Assembly: GCA_014801955.1 (NCBI GenBank)
Contig: JAAVDE010000037.1
Location: 549 to 64,548 of the forward strand
DNA: 64,000 nt
Direction: 5' to 3'
Origin: Bacteroides sp.
GTDB taxonomy: Bacteria > Bacteroidota > Bacteroidia > Bacteroidales > Muribaculaceae
Part shown: one piece after another, positions 36,451 through 45,620 of the stretch
Position numbering within the stretch: position 1 is the first letter of the stretch
How the letters are laid out: every line of letters begins with the position of its first letter
Program-made: the position numbers and the translations under genes
The notes under the pieces: generated by a model
Databases searched by the model: none
What the model was told of the DNA's origin: nothing
The model's input: the letters and a program-made list of their open reading frames with translations, nothing else

Positions 36451-36458
36451 CAAAGTTA
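36451..36458 (-). promoter_or_regulatory. -7 promoter box (TAACTTTG) for the ATPase/PIN pair
   Basis: Exact TAnnTTTG match, 19 nt upstream of ATG 36431. Confidence 0.55.
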
Positions 36459-36491
36459 CGACTTTTTCGGCAACTCTGCAAGTTGGGGGAG

Positions 36492-36851
36492 TCAGAGGTT
36501 GCGCAGGAGGGTGTAGAGGAGGGTGAGGAGCAGCAGGGTGTAGGCGGCAGCGGGCGAAAGGAGCAGGCGGCGAAGTCGGTGCAGGCGGGGGTGCTCGGCG
36601 GCGAAGGCGAGGAGTATCAGGGGAATGGCAACGAACAGGGCGGGATTGAAGGCCCAGGCTTCGGCGAGGTGGCCGTGGAGCAGGCTGTGGAGCGCACGCG
36701 CCGAGCCGCACCCCGGGCAGTCATAGCCGGTCAGCAGCTTAATCCAGCAGCGCGGATAGGGAAAGGGGCCGTTGACCGGGTCGAAGGCGTAGGTCGTTGC
36801 CGCAATGGCTGCCAGTATGGCTGCGGCGGCTATGAGCCTGAGCGTTTTCAT
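36492..36851 (-). CDS. DUF2752 domain-containing membrane protein
   Basis: CPGCGSARALHSLLHG motif plus TM helices. Length is 119 aa. Confidence 0.7.
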   Translation of the reverse strand: MKTLRLIAAAAILAAIAATTYAFDPVNGPFPYPRCWIKLLTGYDCPGCGSARALHSLLHGHLAEAWAFNPALFVAIPLILLAFAAEHPRLHRLRRLLLSPAAAYTLLLLTLLYTLLRNL

Positions 36852-37756
36852 TGCTGAAGGCCGGGTGTCAGCTCCTCGGGGAGTAGGGGCATGGCTCCGT
36901 TGCGGGTGCAGACGTAGGCGCTGACAAGGGTTGCGCGTTCGTGGGCCTGCTCGATGCTGTCGCCGCGCAGCAGCGAGGCGATGAAAGCGGCGGTAAACGA
37001 GTCGCCGGCTCCGACGGTGTCGGCCACCTCCACTACCGGAGTGGGGCGGAAAAAGTAGCCGTCGGGCGTAAAGACATAGCTGCCGTTTGTTCCGCAGGTG
37101 AGAATCAGAATGTGCAGGCCGTAGGCCTTGACCAGAAATTTGCAGCGGTCGCTGACGCTCTCGCCCGGCAGGTTGAGCAGGTCACTGATGATTTCCAACT
37201 CTTCATCGTTAATCTTCAGGATGTTGCACCGTTGCAGCGAGTCAATGATGAGTTCGCGCGAATAGTAGTGTTGACGCAGGTTGATGTCAAAAACTATCAG
37301 CGGGTCATTGGTCGGGTCGATCGAGTCGAGAAACTCGGCAATCGTTTCGCGCGAAACCGGGCAGCGCCTTGCCAGCGAGCCGAAGCAAACGGCTTTCGTC
37401 CGGCGGGCCATGTCGCGCAGGGTTGCGGTGAAAGGAATGTTGTCCCAGGCAACGTTTTCGGTAATGTCGTAGGCGGGAATCCCGTCGGCGTTGAGCTCGA
37501 CTTTAACCGTTCCGGTCGGATAGTCAACGCGTTGCAACTCGCTGTTGAGACTCTTGGCGGCGAAGTCGCTGATGATTTCATCGCCGAGCGCGTCGAAGCC
37601 GATGGCGCTCACGACGCAGCCACGCAGGCCGAACTGCGAAACGTGGTAGGCGAAGTTGGCCGGCGCACCGCCGATTTTTTTGCCGTCGGGCAGGAGGTCC
37701 CAAAGGACTTCGCCGATGCCGACGACGAGGAGGTTAGTCTTGGAGGATGGAGTCAT
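36848..37756 (-). CDS. PfkB-family carbohydrate kinase (fructokinase-like)
   Basis: VGIGEVLWDLLPDGKKIGGAPANFA N-terminus and the C-terminal DTVGAGDSF ATP-binding motif. Confidence 0.85.
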   Translation of the reverse strand: MTPSSKTNLLVVGIGEVLWDLLPDGKKIGGAPANFAYHVSQFGLRGCVVSAIGFDALGDEIISDFAAKSLNSELQRVDYPTGTVKVELNADGIPAYDITENVAWDNIPFTATLRDMARRTKAVCFGSLARRCPVSRETIAEFLDSIDPTNDPLIVFDINLRQHYYSRELIIDSLQRCNILKINDEELEIISDLLNLPGESVSDRCKFLVKAYGLHILILTCGTNGSYVFTPDGYFFRPTPVVEVADTVGAGDSFTAAFIASLLRGDSIEQAHERATLVSAYVCTRNGAMPLLPEELTPGLQQ

Positions 37757-37774
37757 GGCTGAAAAGATGGTAGG

Positions 37775-39160
37775 TTACTGAAGATAGAACAAGCGGGTGG
37801 TGGCGCGGGTCGTGGCCGTGTAGAGCCAGCGGTAAAAGTCGATGGTCTGCATTGCGTCGGCCGGCACTCCGGCCAGGTCGGCGATAACGTTAATCCACTG
37901 GCCGCCCTGGGCTTTATGGCAGGTCACGGCGTAGGCATACTTTACCTGCAGCGCCTGATAATAGGGGTTAGTGCGCAAGGCGCGCATACGGGTCGAGTGG
38001 GGAGTGTAGTCGCTAAAGAGCTCCGGGTCGTTATAAACGCTGTCGAACAGCCGCTGCTGGTCCTCGGCCGTGAGCGCCGGCGAGTTGGAGGTCAAACATT
38101 CCAAAACGATTTTGCAGTCGAGCTCCACCGACCGATAGGGAAACGCCAGCCTGACGTCGGCAAAGCGAAAGCCATAGCGCTCCTCCGTTGCATAGAGGCG
38201 AACAACGCGCGCCGTGTCGCCGTTGGCAATGAAATCCAGGTCGGGAACCTTGGCGCTCCAGTGATAGTTGTTTTTCGCAACGAGCAGAAGCTCGTCGCGC
38301 GTCAGCTCCTCCTCGCGGCCCAGAATGGTTGAGCGTATGGCCAGGTTGAACTGCGTAGCGCGCCAGTTGGCGCGGGTAACGATGATGGTTTCGTCGATGC
38401 CGTCGGCGCCATAGAGGTCCGACAGCAGGTCGGGCATCTCCTGGCCGTCGAGCGGCATAACGTCGTCGAACCCGAAGTTCAGCTCCGGCAACGGCAGCGG
38501 ATCGATGCGCATCTGGCGCCGCAGGCTGGTTGCGTTGAACAATATGCCCGACGACCGGGCCTGGCGCACGGTGTCGGTCAGCAGCGCGCGGGTTACGCGC
38601 AACCCGTAGGAGCGCAGCGTGTCGGCGTTGAGCGCCGGCGATTCCGTGCAACCCACCGGGGGTAGCTGCGCCGTGTCGCCCAGCAGAATGAGTCGGCAGG
38701 CGTGGCCGGTGTAAACGTAGTGGATGAGGTCCGACAGCAGGTCGGTGCCGGAGCCGTCGGCTACCGAGCCGATCATCGACGCCTCGTCAACGATAAAAAC
38801 CGTTCGCGAGTGATTGTTGTCAACAACTGCCGAAAACGACTGTCCCTGGGCCGGCGGCCGATATATTTTGCGGTGAATAGTGTAGGCCGGATAGCCCGAA
38901 TAGGCCGCAAACACCTTTGCGGCCCGACCCGTCGGAGCCAGCAGAACCGAGGCTACCCCCGCCGAGTGGAGCGCGCGCACCAGGGCGCTGACCAGGGTCG
39001 TTTTGCCCGTGCCGGCATAGCCGCAGAGCATAAACACCGAGTCGCTCGGCGCTCCCGAGCGGCAGAAACGCGCCAAAGCTGCCATACACTTGACCTGCTG
39101 TTCGGTCGGAGTGTATGGCAGCTCATTGAGAATCGTTTCGGCAAATTCCCCGACTGTCAT
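37775..39160 (-). CDS. RecD/PIF1-like SF1 DNA helicase
   Basis: Walker A GYAGTGKTT, Walker B FIVDEASM, and C-terminal YAVTCHKAQGGQW (SF1 motif VI-like). Confidence 0.8.
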   Translation of the reverse strand: MTVGEFAETILNELPYTPTEQQVKCMAALARFCRSGAPSDSVFMLCGYAGTGKTTLVSALVRALHSAGVASVLLAPTGRAAKVFAAYSGYPAYTIHRKIYRPPAQGQSFSAVVDNNHSRTVFIVDEASMIGSVADGSGTDLLSDLIHYVYTGHACRLILLGDTAQLPPVGCTESPALNADTLRSYGLRVTRALLTDTVRQARSSGILFNATSLRRQMRIDPLPLPELNFGFDDVMPLDGQEMPDLLSDLYGADGIDETIIVTRANWRATQFNLAIRSTILGREEELTRDELLLVAKNNYHWSAKVPDLDFIANGDTARVVRLYATEERYGFRFADVRLAFPYRSVELDCKIVLECLTSNSPALTAEDQQRLFDSVYNDPELFSDYTPHSTRMRALRTNPYYQALQVKYAYAVTCHKAQGGQWINVIADLAGVPADAMQTIDFYRWLYTATTRATTRLFYLQ

Positions 39161-39188
39161 TTAACGGGCTGCTATTTGCTGGCGGCGG

Positions 39189-40670
39189 TTAGCGGAGCTT
39201 CCACTCAACGCCATCTTTCGTGTCTTTGACGTCGAAGCCCATCGCGGCCATGCGGTCGCGGATGAGATCGGAGGTCGCCCAATCTTTCTTGGCCTTCGAT
39301 TCGGCGCGGATTTGCAGCAGCAGGTCAACCGCCTCCTCATAGGGGCGCAGGTTGGCGCTGCCGGCGGCGGCTTCGGGGGGCAGAACGCCGAGGATGTCGA
39401 ACAGGAACGTCTGAAACAGCTGCTTCATCTTGTCGAGGTCGGCGGCGGTAGCCTTTGCGGTTCCGTCGTTGACCTGGTTAACGATGCGGCAGAGGTCAAA
39501 CAGGTGGCCGATAACCACCGGCGTGTTCAAGTCGTCGTCCATCGCCTCATACATCTTTGCCTCCAGCTCGTCCAGGCCGGTAACCGTGCCGGTCTCCGAC
39601 GGCTTCAGGTCCAGCAGGCGGCGCCAGCCGTCGGCCATGCGCTTATATGCCTTTTCGGCGGCCTGCAGGGCTTCGTTGCCGAAGTCGAGAGTTGAGCGAT
39701 ATTGAGCCATGAGGATGAAGAACCTGATTGTCATCGGCGAATAGGCCTGGGTCAGCAGCGGGTGCGAACCCTCGAAGAACTGGTCGAGCGTAATGAAGTT
39801 TCCATAGCTCTTGCCCATCTTCTTGCCGTCGATGGTAATCATGTTGTTGTGCATCCAGTAGTGAACGGCGTCGTGGCCGTTATGGGCAACGCTCTGGGCG
39901 ATTTCACACTCGTGGTGGGGGAACATCAGGTCCATGCCGCCGCCATGAATGTCGAACGTTTCGCCCAGATACTTCTCGCCCATGCACGAACACTCCAGGT
40001 GCCAGCCCGGAAAGCCTTCGCTCCAGGGCGAGGGCCAGTGCATTATGTGTTCCGGCGCGGCCTTTTTCCACAGGGCGAAGTCGGCGGGATTGCGCTTTTC
40101 GCTCTGGCCGTCGAGCTCGCGGGTGTTGGCCTGGAGCTCGTCGATGTTGCGGCCCGAGAGCTTGCCGTAGTGGTGGTCGGCGTTATATTTCGGCACGTCG
40201 AAATAGACCGAACCCTCGCTTTCGTAGGCATAGCCGGCGTCGAGAATCGACTGAACGTAGCCGATTTGCTCAACAATGTGGCCCGACGCGTGAGGCTCGA
40301 TGCTCGGCGGCAAAACGTTCAGCTTTTCCATTGCCTTGTGGTAGCGGTTCAGATAGTGCTGAACGACCTCCATCGGCTCCAGCTGCTCCAGGCGCGCCTT
40401 GACTGCGATTTTGTCCTCGCCGTCGTCGGCGTCGTTGACCAGGTGGCCAACGTCGGTGATGTTCCTGACGTAGCGAACCTTGTAGCCCAGATGCTGAAGA
40501 TAGCGGAAAAGGATGTCGAAGGTAATTGCCGGACGGGCGTGACCCAGGTGGCCGTCGCCATAGACCGTCGGGCCGCAAACATACATTCCGACCCGCTCCG
40601 GATGGATGGGCTTGAACAGCTCCTTGCGGCGCGACAGTGAGTTATAAATCGTCAGATTGTTTGCTTTCAT
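39189..40670 (-). CDS. cysS: Cysteine--tRNA ligase
   Basis: Class I HIGH motif (GHLGHAR), KMSKS variant (KMGKS) and a Zn-binding [16 protein letters not shown] block. Confidence 0.97.
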   Translation of the reverse strand: MKANNLTIYNSLSRRKELFKPIHPERVGMYVCGPTVYGDGHLGHARPAITFDILFRYLQHLGYKVRYVRNITDVGHLVNDADDGEDKIAVKARLEQLEPMEVVQHYLNRYHKAMEKLNVLPPSIEPHASGHIVEQIGYVQSILDAGYAYESEGSVYFDVPKYNADHHYGKLSGRNIDELQANTRELDGQSEKRNPADFALWKKAAPEHIMHWPSPWSEGFPGWHLECSCMGEKYLGETFDIHGGGMDLMFPHHECEIAQSVAHNGHDAVHYWMHNNMITIDGKKMGKSYGNFITLDQFFEGSHPLLTQAYSPMTIRFFILMAQYRSTLDFGNEALQAAEKAYKRMADGWRRLLDLKPSETGTVTGLDELEAKMYEAMDDDLNTPVVIGHLFDLCRIVNQVNDGTAKATAADLDKMKQLFQTFLFDILGVLPPEAAAGSANLRPYEEAVDLLLQIRAESKAKKDWATSDLIRDRMAAMGFDVKDTKDGVEWKLR

Positions 40671-40676
40671 AGCTCC

Positions 40677-40997
40677 TTATGCGCCCATGAAGGGGTTGGG
40701 GATGCCGCCGTTGCCGGGCTGCTGCTGTTTGGGCTGGCGAGGCTTGATTTCGCCAAAGGTCTGTTCGTAGCGCTGAACGTTTTCGGCCAGGGCGTGGAGC
40801 AGCTGCTTGGCGTTTTCGGGGGTCATGATAACGCGGGTCTGCACGCGGGCGGGGTTCATGTTCGGCGCAACGGTGATGAAGTCCATGAAGAACTCATTGG
40901 GGCCGTGGGCGATCATTGCGAGGTTGCAGTAGTTACCTTTAGCCACTTCGGGCGACAGTTCTATTTTGATTTCTTGCTGTTGGTTCTGGTTTGCCAT
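40677..40997 (-). CDS. DUF3467 domain-containing protein
   Basis: GNYCNLAMIAHGPNEFFMDFITVAP...RVIMTPENAKQLLHALAENVQRYEQTFGEI matches the conserved DUF3467 pattern as I recall it. Confidence 0.7.
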   Translation of the reverse strand: MANQNQQQEIKIELSPEVAKGNYCNLAMIAHGPNEFFMDFITVAPNMNPARVQTRVIMTPENAKQLLHALAENVQRYEQTFGEIKPRQPKQQQPGNGGIPNPFMGA

Positions 40998-41070
40998 AGT
41001 CGTGTAGTTTTTATTAGTTGGTTAATTATATGATTTATGCGATTTATAAATTTTATAAGATTTATATGAG

Positions 41071-41703
41071 TTATTTTCTGATAAGAACGGCTTGCGAGCC
41101 GGGGAGGTTAACGTTGATTGCACGCAGCTCAGGTATCTTTAGGATAGAATCCGCATTCCAGCTGGCATAGAGCTGCCTGTCGGCCGACGCGACCGCATCG
41201 GTTGCCGGCAACACGACAACGTAGGCCTGCGCAATGGAATCACTCAGCGTTGCACTGTCGACTATCATGCTCAGCTCGCGCAAATTGCCGCTAAACGTTA
41301 TGACGGCGCCGAAGTTAATCCATTCGCCCGAACGCCAGGCGCGGGCCTGGCTCACGTCGGCGCTCGCTGGTATCTCCGACCGGGAGGCGACTTCGACCTT
41401 TCCGCTCGGAATCCGCGCAACGCTCAGCAGCGCAATCTCGGCGCTGACGCCATATTGCTCGGCCCGATAGTAGATGAGCACCCGCGCGCCGACGGGCAGC
41501 TCTTCGGGCGCATTCCATGCTGCCGTCAGCTCAACCGTCGAGCCGTCGGCTTCGGTGTAGCTGAACGTCGACAGGCCGTTGGCCGACCCGTTGAAGGTAG
41601 CGATAGAGGCCACAAGAGGCGCCGATGCCGGCTCCTCCGAGGCGCTGCAGCCGGCGATAACCACTGCAGCCGCGATTGCGATAAACAAGAGCAGTTTCTT
41701 CAT
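41071..41703 (-). CDS. Lipoprotein, function unknown (possibly NigD-like)
   Basis: Lipobox VIAGCS, 210 aa. A TAAATTTG -7 box lies 8 nt upstream of the ATG. Confidence 0.5.
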   Translation of the reverse strand: MKKLLLFIAIAAAVVIAGCSASEEPASAPLVASIATFNGSANGLSTFSYTEADGSTVELTAAWNAPEELPVGARVLIYYRAEQYGVSAEIALLSVARIPSGKVEVASRSEIPASADVSQARAWRSGEWINFGAVITFSGNLRELSMIVDSATLSDSIAQAYVVVLPATDAVASADRQLYASWNADSILKIPELRAINVNLPGSQAVLIRK

Positions 41704-41725
41704 ATCAACCGCAAATTTACAACAT

Positions 41726-41760
41726 TAATTACTAATTACCAAGCCGCAATTATTAATTTT
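41726..41760. repeat. Short TAATTAC heptamer array (2 perfect + 2 degenerate units) just upstream of the lipoprotein gene promoter
   Basis: TAATTAC TAATTAC at 41726-41739. CAATTAT TAATTTT at 41747-41760. Confidence 0.7.
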
Positions 41761-41868
41761 TCTAAAGGGCATGGTAAAATCCTTGCGAAAAGTGGAAAAT
41801 AAATTGCGCCCGCTTTCTCGTCAGAAAGGGGGCGCATACATTGCTCTAAAAGAGTCTGGCTCCGATGC

Positions 41869-42024
41869 TTACTTGGAAGCGATTTCTTCGGAAACGGTCA
41901 GACACTTGCGGCCTTTGGCGCGGCGGCGGGCCAGAACTTTGCGGCCGTTCTTGGTTGCCATGCGTTCGCGGAAACCGTGTTTGTTAACTCTCTTGCGGTT
42001 TGAGGGTTGGAATGTTCTTTTCAT
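41869..42024 (-). CDS. rpmH: 50S ribosomal protein L34
   Basis: My own translation of the minus strand gives [51 protein letters not shown] (51 aa). It is below the ORF-table length cutoff. Confidence 0.93.
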   Translation of the reverse strand: MKRTFQPSNRKRVNKHGFRERMATKNGRKVLARRRAKGRKCLTVSEEIASK

Positions 42025-42162
42025 CGCGATTTTATGATTTGATTATTTACGTAAATTCAGTCTTAGTGACTCTTACCGAGGCGCAAAGTTAGGTAAAAAT
42101 TTTCAAACCACCAAAATAATCTTGCATAATTCCAAAAATGTGCGTAACTTTGCACCCGAAAA

Positions 42163-42236
42163 CGGAGTGTAGCGCAGCCCGGTAGCGCGCCTGGTTTGGG
42201 ACCAGGTGGTCGCAGGTTCGAATCCTATCACTCCGA
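42163..42236 (+). tRNA. tRNA-Pro (anticodon TGG)
   Basis: CGGAGTG TA GCGC AGCCCGGTA GCGC G CCTGG TTTGGGA CCAGG TGGTC GCAGG TTCGAAT CCTAT CACTCCG A. The acceptor stem is perfect and the T stem has one mismatch. A TAACTTTG box lies at 42145-42152. Confidence 0.85.
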
Positions 42237-42342
42237 CCGATTTTTTGTTAAAAATTTGCACGGTTAAAGGTTTTTTTGTAATTTTGCCGCGCAAATTGCA
42301 ATAACATAAACCTGATTTAATTAACAACTAACTAAATAGCAA

Positions 42343-42534
42343 ATGATTATCGTACAAGTAAAAGAAGGCGACAATATTGAAAAGGCCCTCAAAAAGTTCA
42401 AACGCAAATTCGAAAAAACCGGCATCGTTCGCGAGCTCCGTTCACGTCAGGCCTTTGAAAAGCCCAGCGTTGCAAACCGCAAGAAGATGATGAAAGCGGT
42501 TTACGTTCAGCAGCTGCGTTCGGTTGAAGAATAA
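42343..42534 (+). CDS. rpsU: 30S ribosomal protein S21
   Basis: MIIVQVKEGDNIEKALKKFKRKFEKTGIVRELRSRQAFEKPS..., 63 aa. Confidence 0.95.
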   Translation: MIIVQVKEGDNIEKALKKFKRKFEKTGIVRELRSRQAFEKPSVANRKKMMKAVYVQQLRSVEE

Positions 42535-42641
42535 TCGATAGCGCACTTTTTGCAAACTTTTCGCCCGATTTATTTGGCGAAACGAAAAGATTGACGTAAC
42601 TTCGTGGGCAGAGCGGCGGTCATTTCCCCGCAATTGTAAAT

Positions 42642-43541
42642 ATGCCTCAGACTATTCAATCTTTTCTCGAATATATACGGTGTGAGCTGAATCTTTCGGC
42701 TTGCACCGTTTCGGCATATTCCGACGACTTGGCGCAGTGGGCCGACTTTGCAACCGGCGGCAACCCGCAAGCGCTGGAGCCGATGAGCGTAACGACGTCG
42801 GACCTGCGCCTGTGGGTCGCGCATTTGAGCGCTTCGGGCCTTTCGCCCCGCTCGATTCGCCGAAAGGTGTCGGCGCTCCGCTCATATTTCCGCTACCTCT
42901 GCGCGCGCTGCGGCGCCCGCAGCAATCCGGCCGCCGAGCTGCGGACCGCCCGTCCGCCAAAGGAGCTGCCGGTCTATATCCGCCCCGACGAACTCAACGA
43001 GCGCATCGATTCCGGCCTCGGCGCCGATGAGTTCGAGGAGCTGCGCAACGAGCTGATTATAACGATGTTCTACTCGACCGGCATTCGTTGCTCAGAACTG
43101 ATGAATCTGCGCGATTGCGACATTGATTTGAGTCGCGGCGAACTAAAAGTGCTTGGTAAACGTAATAAAGAAAGAATAGTGCCTTTCGGCGCTGAACTTT
43201 CGGAAATGATCAAGCGATATAAATCCACACGACCCTCCGGCCCCGGCCCCCAAGGCGAGCTCTTTACCCGCAGCAACGGCCTGGCCCTCTACCGCAAGGC
43301 GATATATAATATCGTTCACAACGGCCTGGAGGGTGTTCATGCCCGCAGGGTGTCGCCCCACGTTTTGCGCCACTCCTTTGCAACCGACATGCTCAACGGG
43401 GGCGCCGACCTCAACGCCGTTGGCAAACTGCTGGGCCACGCCTCGCTCGAAACCACGCAGATTTATACGCATGTGACCCTTCGTGACCTTAAAAATAATT
43501 ATCAACTCGCACACCCCCGTGCACAAAGAAAAAACCAATAG
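42642..43541 (+). CDS. Tyrosine site-specific recombinase, XerC/XerD-like
   Basis: N-terminal SAM-like domain (FLEYIRCELNLSACTVSAYSDDL) and catalytic residues R...HVLRHSFAT...LGHASLETTQIYTHV. It sits between rpsU and hpf. Confidence 0.85.
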   Translation: MPQTIQSFLEYIRCELNLSACTVSAYSDDLAQWADFATGGNPQALEPMSVTTSDLRLWVAHLSASGLSPRSIRRKVSALRSYFRYLCARCGARSNPAAELRTARPPKELPVYIRPDELNERIDSGLGADEFEELRNELIITMFYSTGIRCSELMNLRDCDIDLSRGELKVLGKRNKERIVPFGAELSEMIKRYKSTRPSGPGPQGELFTRSNGLALYRKAIYNIVHNGLEGVHARRVSPHVLRHSFATDMLNGGADLNAVGKLLGHASLETTQIYTHVTLRDLKNNYQLAHPRAQRKNQ

Positions 43542-43545
43542 CTCT

Positions 43546-43839
43546 ATGGAAACTAAAATTCAAGCCATCCATTTCGAAGCAACCACCCAACTCGTTGACT
43601 TCATTAACAAGAAAGTTGAAAAACTCGTTCGCAAGAATCCTGCGATTGCCGACGCCGCCGTTAACCTGCGCGTTGTTAAGCCCGAAACGCAGCTGAACAA
43701 GGAGGCCGTTGTTCGCATCGCCGTGCCCCATGCCGACGACTTCGTTGCAACCAAGGTGGCCAACACCTTTGAAGAAGCCATCGACCTGGCTATCGCCGCC
43801 ATTGAGCCGCAACTCGAAAAGCTCAAAGACAAACACTGA
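43546..43839 (+). CDS. hpf: Ribosome hibernation factor HPF/RaiA (short form)
   Basis: METKIQAIHFEATTQLVDFINKKVEKL... has the sigma-54 modulation protein/S30EA fold pattern. Length is 97 aa. Confidence 0.85.
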   Translation: METKIQAIHFEATTQLVDFINKKVEKLVRKNPAIADAAVNLRVVKPETQLNKEAVVRIAVPHADDFVATKVANTFEEAIDLAIAAIEPQLEKLKDKH

Positions 43840-43864
43840 AAACTCTTTTGACTCAACCAACTCG

Positions 43865-43905
43865 GTCAGATTCGGCGCCAAACGCGCCGGGTCTGACTTT
43901 TTTTT
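43865..43905 (+). terminator. Rho-independent terminator after hpf
   Basis: 14-bp stem GTCAGATTCGGCGC / GCGCCGGGTCTGAC (2 G-U pairs), followed by T8. Confidence 0.85.
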
Positions 43906-43951
43906 GCGCGTTGTCGGTTTTTTTTGTAACTTTGCGGAAAAATTTTTGCAT

Positions 43952-44980
43952 ATGCTCAACAATATCGAATCATTGAAAAACGAGATTCTCGCCCTGCAGG
44001 CATCGACCGAAGCGCAGGTTGAGGAACTCCGCATTAAATATCTCAGCAAAAAAGGCGCTATTTCGCAGCTGATGAACGATTTCCGCAACGTTCCCGCCGA
44101 CCAGAAGCGCGAGCTGGGCGTTAAGCTCAACGAGCTGAAAACCCTGGCAACCGAAACCATCAATAACCTCAAGGCCGCCGCGCAGGCCAAGGAAGCCTCC
44201 GATTCGGCTGCCGCCCTGGATTTGACGCGCACTGCGGCTCCGCTGCCGATGGGCTCGCGCCATCCGCTGAATATTGTTCGCAACGAGATTGTCGACATTT
44301 TTTCGCGTCTCGGATTCTCGCTGGCTGAAGGCCCGGAGATTGAAGACGACTGGCACGTTTTCGGTTCGATGAACTTCCCCGCCGACCATCCCGCGCGCGA
44401 CATGCAGGACACCTTCTTCATTCAGCGCAATCCGGCCGACGTTTTGCTGCGCACGCACACTTCGTCGGTTCAGGCCCGCGTTATGGAGCACACTAAGCCG
44501 CCGATTCGCGTTGTGTGTCCCGGTCGCGTTTACCGCAACGAGGCCATTTCGGCCCGTGCCCACTGCTTCTTCCACCAGGTTGAGGCGCTCTACGTTGACC
44601 GCAACGTCAGCTTCGCCGACCTGAAGCAGGCCCTGCTCTTCTTTGCCCGCGAAATGTTTGGCCCCGAAACTCAGATTCGCCTGCGCCCCAGCTACTTCCC
44701 CTTCACCGAGCCGAGCGCCGAAATGGATATCAGCTGCAACATCTGCGGCGGAAAGGGCTGCGCGTTCTGCAAACACACCGGCTGGGTTGAAATCCTCGGC
44801 TGCGGCATGGTTGACCCCGCCGTTCTCGAGGCTTGCGGCATTGATTCAACGGTCTATACCGGCTATGCCCTCGGCATGGGTATCGAGCGCATCACTAACC
44901 TGAAATATCGCGTCAACGACCTGCGCCTCTTCTCGGAAAACGACGTTCGTTTCCTCGACGAATTTGTTTCGGCCCGATGA
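43952..44980 (+). CDS. pheS: Phenylalanine--tRNA ligase alpha subunit
   Basis: Start MLNNIESLKNEI, downstream of a TAACTTTG box. Class II motifs are present (HPLN...FPADHPARDMQDTF...FRPSYFPFTEPS...GMGIERI). Confidence 0.96.
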   Translation: MLNNIESLKNEILALQASTEAQVEELRIKYLSKKGAISQLMNDFRNVPADQKRELGVKLNELKTLATETINNLKAAAQAKEASDSAAALDLTRTAAPLPMGSRHPLNIVRNEIVDIFSRLGFSLAEGPEIEDDWHVFGSMNFPADHPARDMQDTFFIQRNPADVLLRTHTSSVQARVMEHTKPPIRVVCPGRVYRNEAISARAHCFFHQVEALYVDRNVSFADLKQALLFFAREMFGPETQIRLRPSYFPFTEPSAEMDISCNICGGKGCAFCKHTGWVEILGCGMVDPAVLEACGIDSTVYTGYALGMGIERITNLKYRVNDLRLFSENDVRFLDEFVSAR

Positions 44981-45609
44981 CGCGCCGCGAGCGTTTCGAC
45001 CGGGTCATGGAGCGTTTCCGCCAGGCGATGCCCGACCCCAAGACTGAACTGAACTATTCTAACCCGTTTGAGTTGCTCTGCGCCGTTATTTTGTCGGCGC
45101 AGTGTACCGACAAACGGGTTAATCTCATAACTCCCGGCCTCTTTCGCGCCTTTCCTACGCCGCAGGCTCTTGCGGCCGCGAGCGTAGAGGAGATTTTTGA
45201 GTGCATCTGCTCCTGTTCCTATCCTAATAATAAGGCGCGCCTGCTGCAGGGCATGGCGCGCACTTTGGTCAGCGATTTCGGCGGCGAGGTTCCGCGCAAC
45301 ATGGATTCTCTGCTGTCGCTGCCCGGCGTCGGGCGCAAAACGGCCAACGTTATCCTGTCGGTCGTTTGGGGCGATGCGGCGATGGCCGTCGATACCCACG
45401 TTTTTCGCGTCAGCGAGCGTATTGGTCTGACAACAGGGTCGAAGACCCCGTTGCAGACCGAAAAGATTCTGACGGCCAATATTCCGGCTGCCGACCTGCC
45501 GCGCGCCCACCACTGGCTGATTCTCCACGGACGCTACGTTTGCAAGGCGCGGCGGCCCGACTGCGCGAACTGCATAATCGCCGACCTTTGTCGCCACGCC
45601 GGCCACTGA
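44977..45609 (+). CDS. nth: Endonuclease III
   Basis: HhH-GPD motif LPGVGRKTANVIL and a C-terminal 4Fe-4S cluster loop C-X6-C-X2-C-X5-C (CKARRPDCANCIIADLC). Confidence 0.95.
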   Translation: MTRRERFDRVMERFRQAMPDPKTELNYSNPFELLCAVILSAQCTDKRVNLITPGLFRAFPTPQALAAASVEEIFECICSCSYPNNKARLLQGMARTLVSDFGGEVPRNMDSLLSLPGVGRKTANVILSVVWGDAAMAVDTHVFRVSERIGLTTGSKTPLQTEKILTANIPAADLPRAHHWLILHGRYVCKARRPDCANCIIADLCRHAGH

Positions 45610-45620
45610 CCCACCGGGAA

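Noticed and set aside
42642-43541. The tyrosine recombinase as a marker of an integrated mobile element or an invertible-promoter system.
   Set aside because: It has host-like GC and XerC/XerD-type domain organisation. It sits in the rpsU / recombinase / hpf arrangement that I recall as a conserved housekeeping context in Bacteroidales. I saw no flanking repeats or cargo genes.
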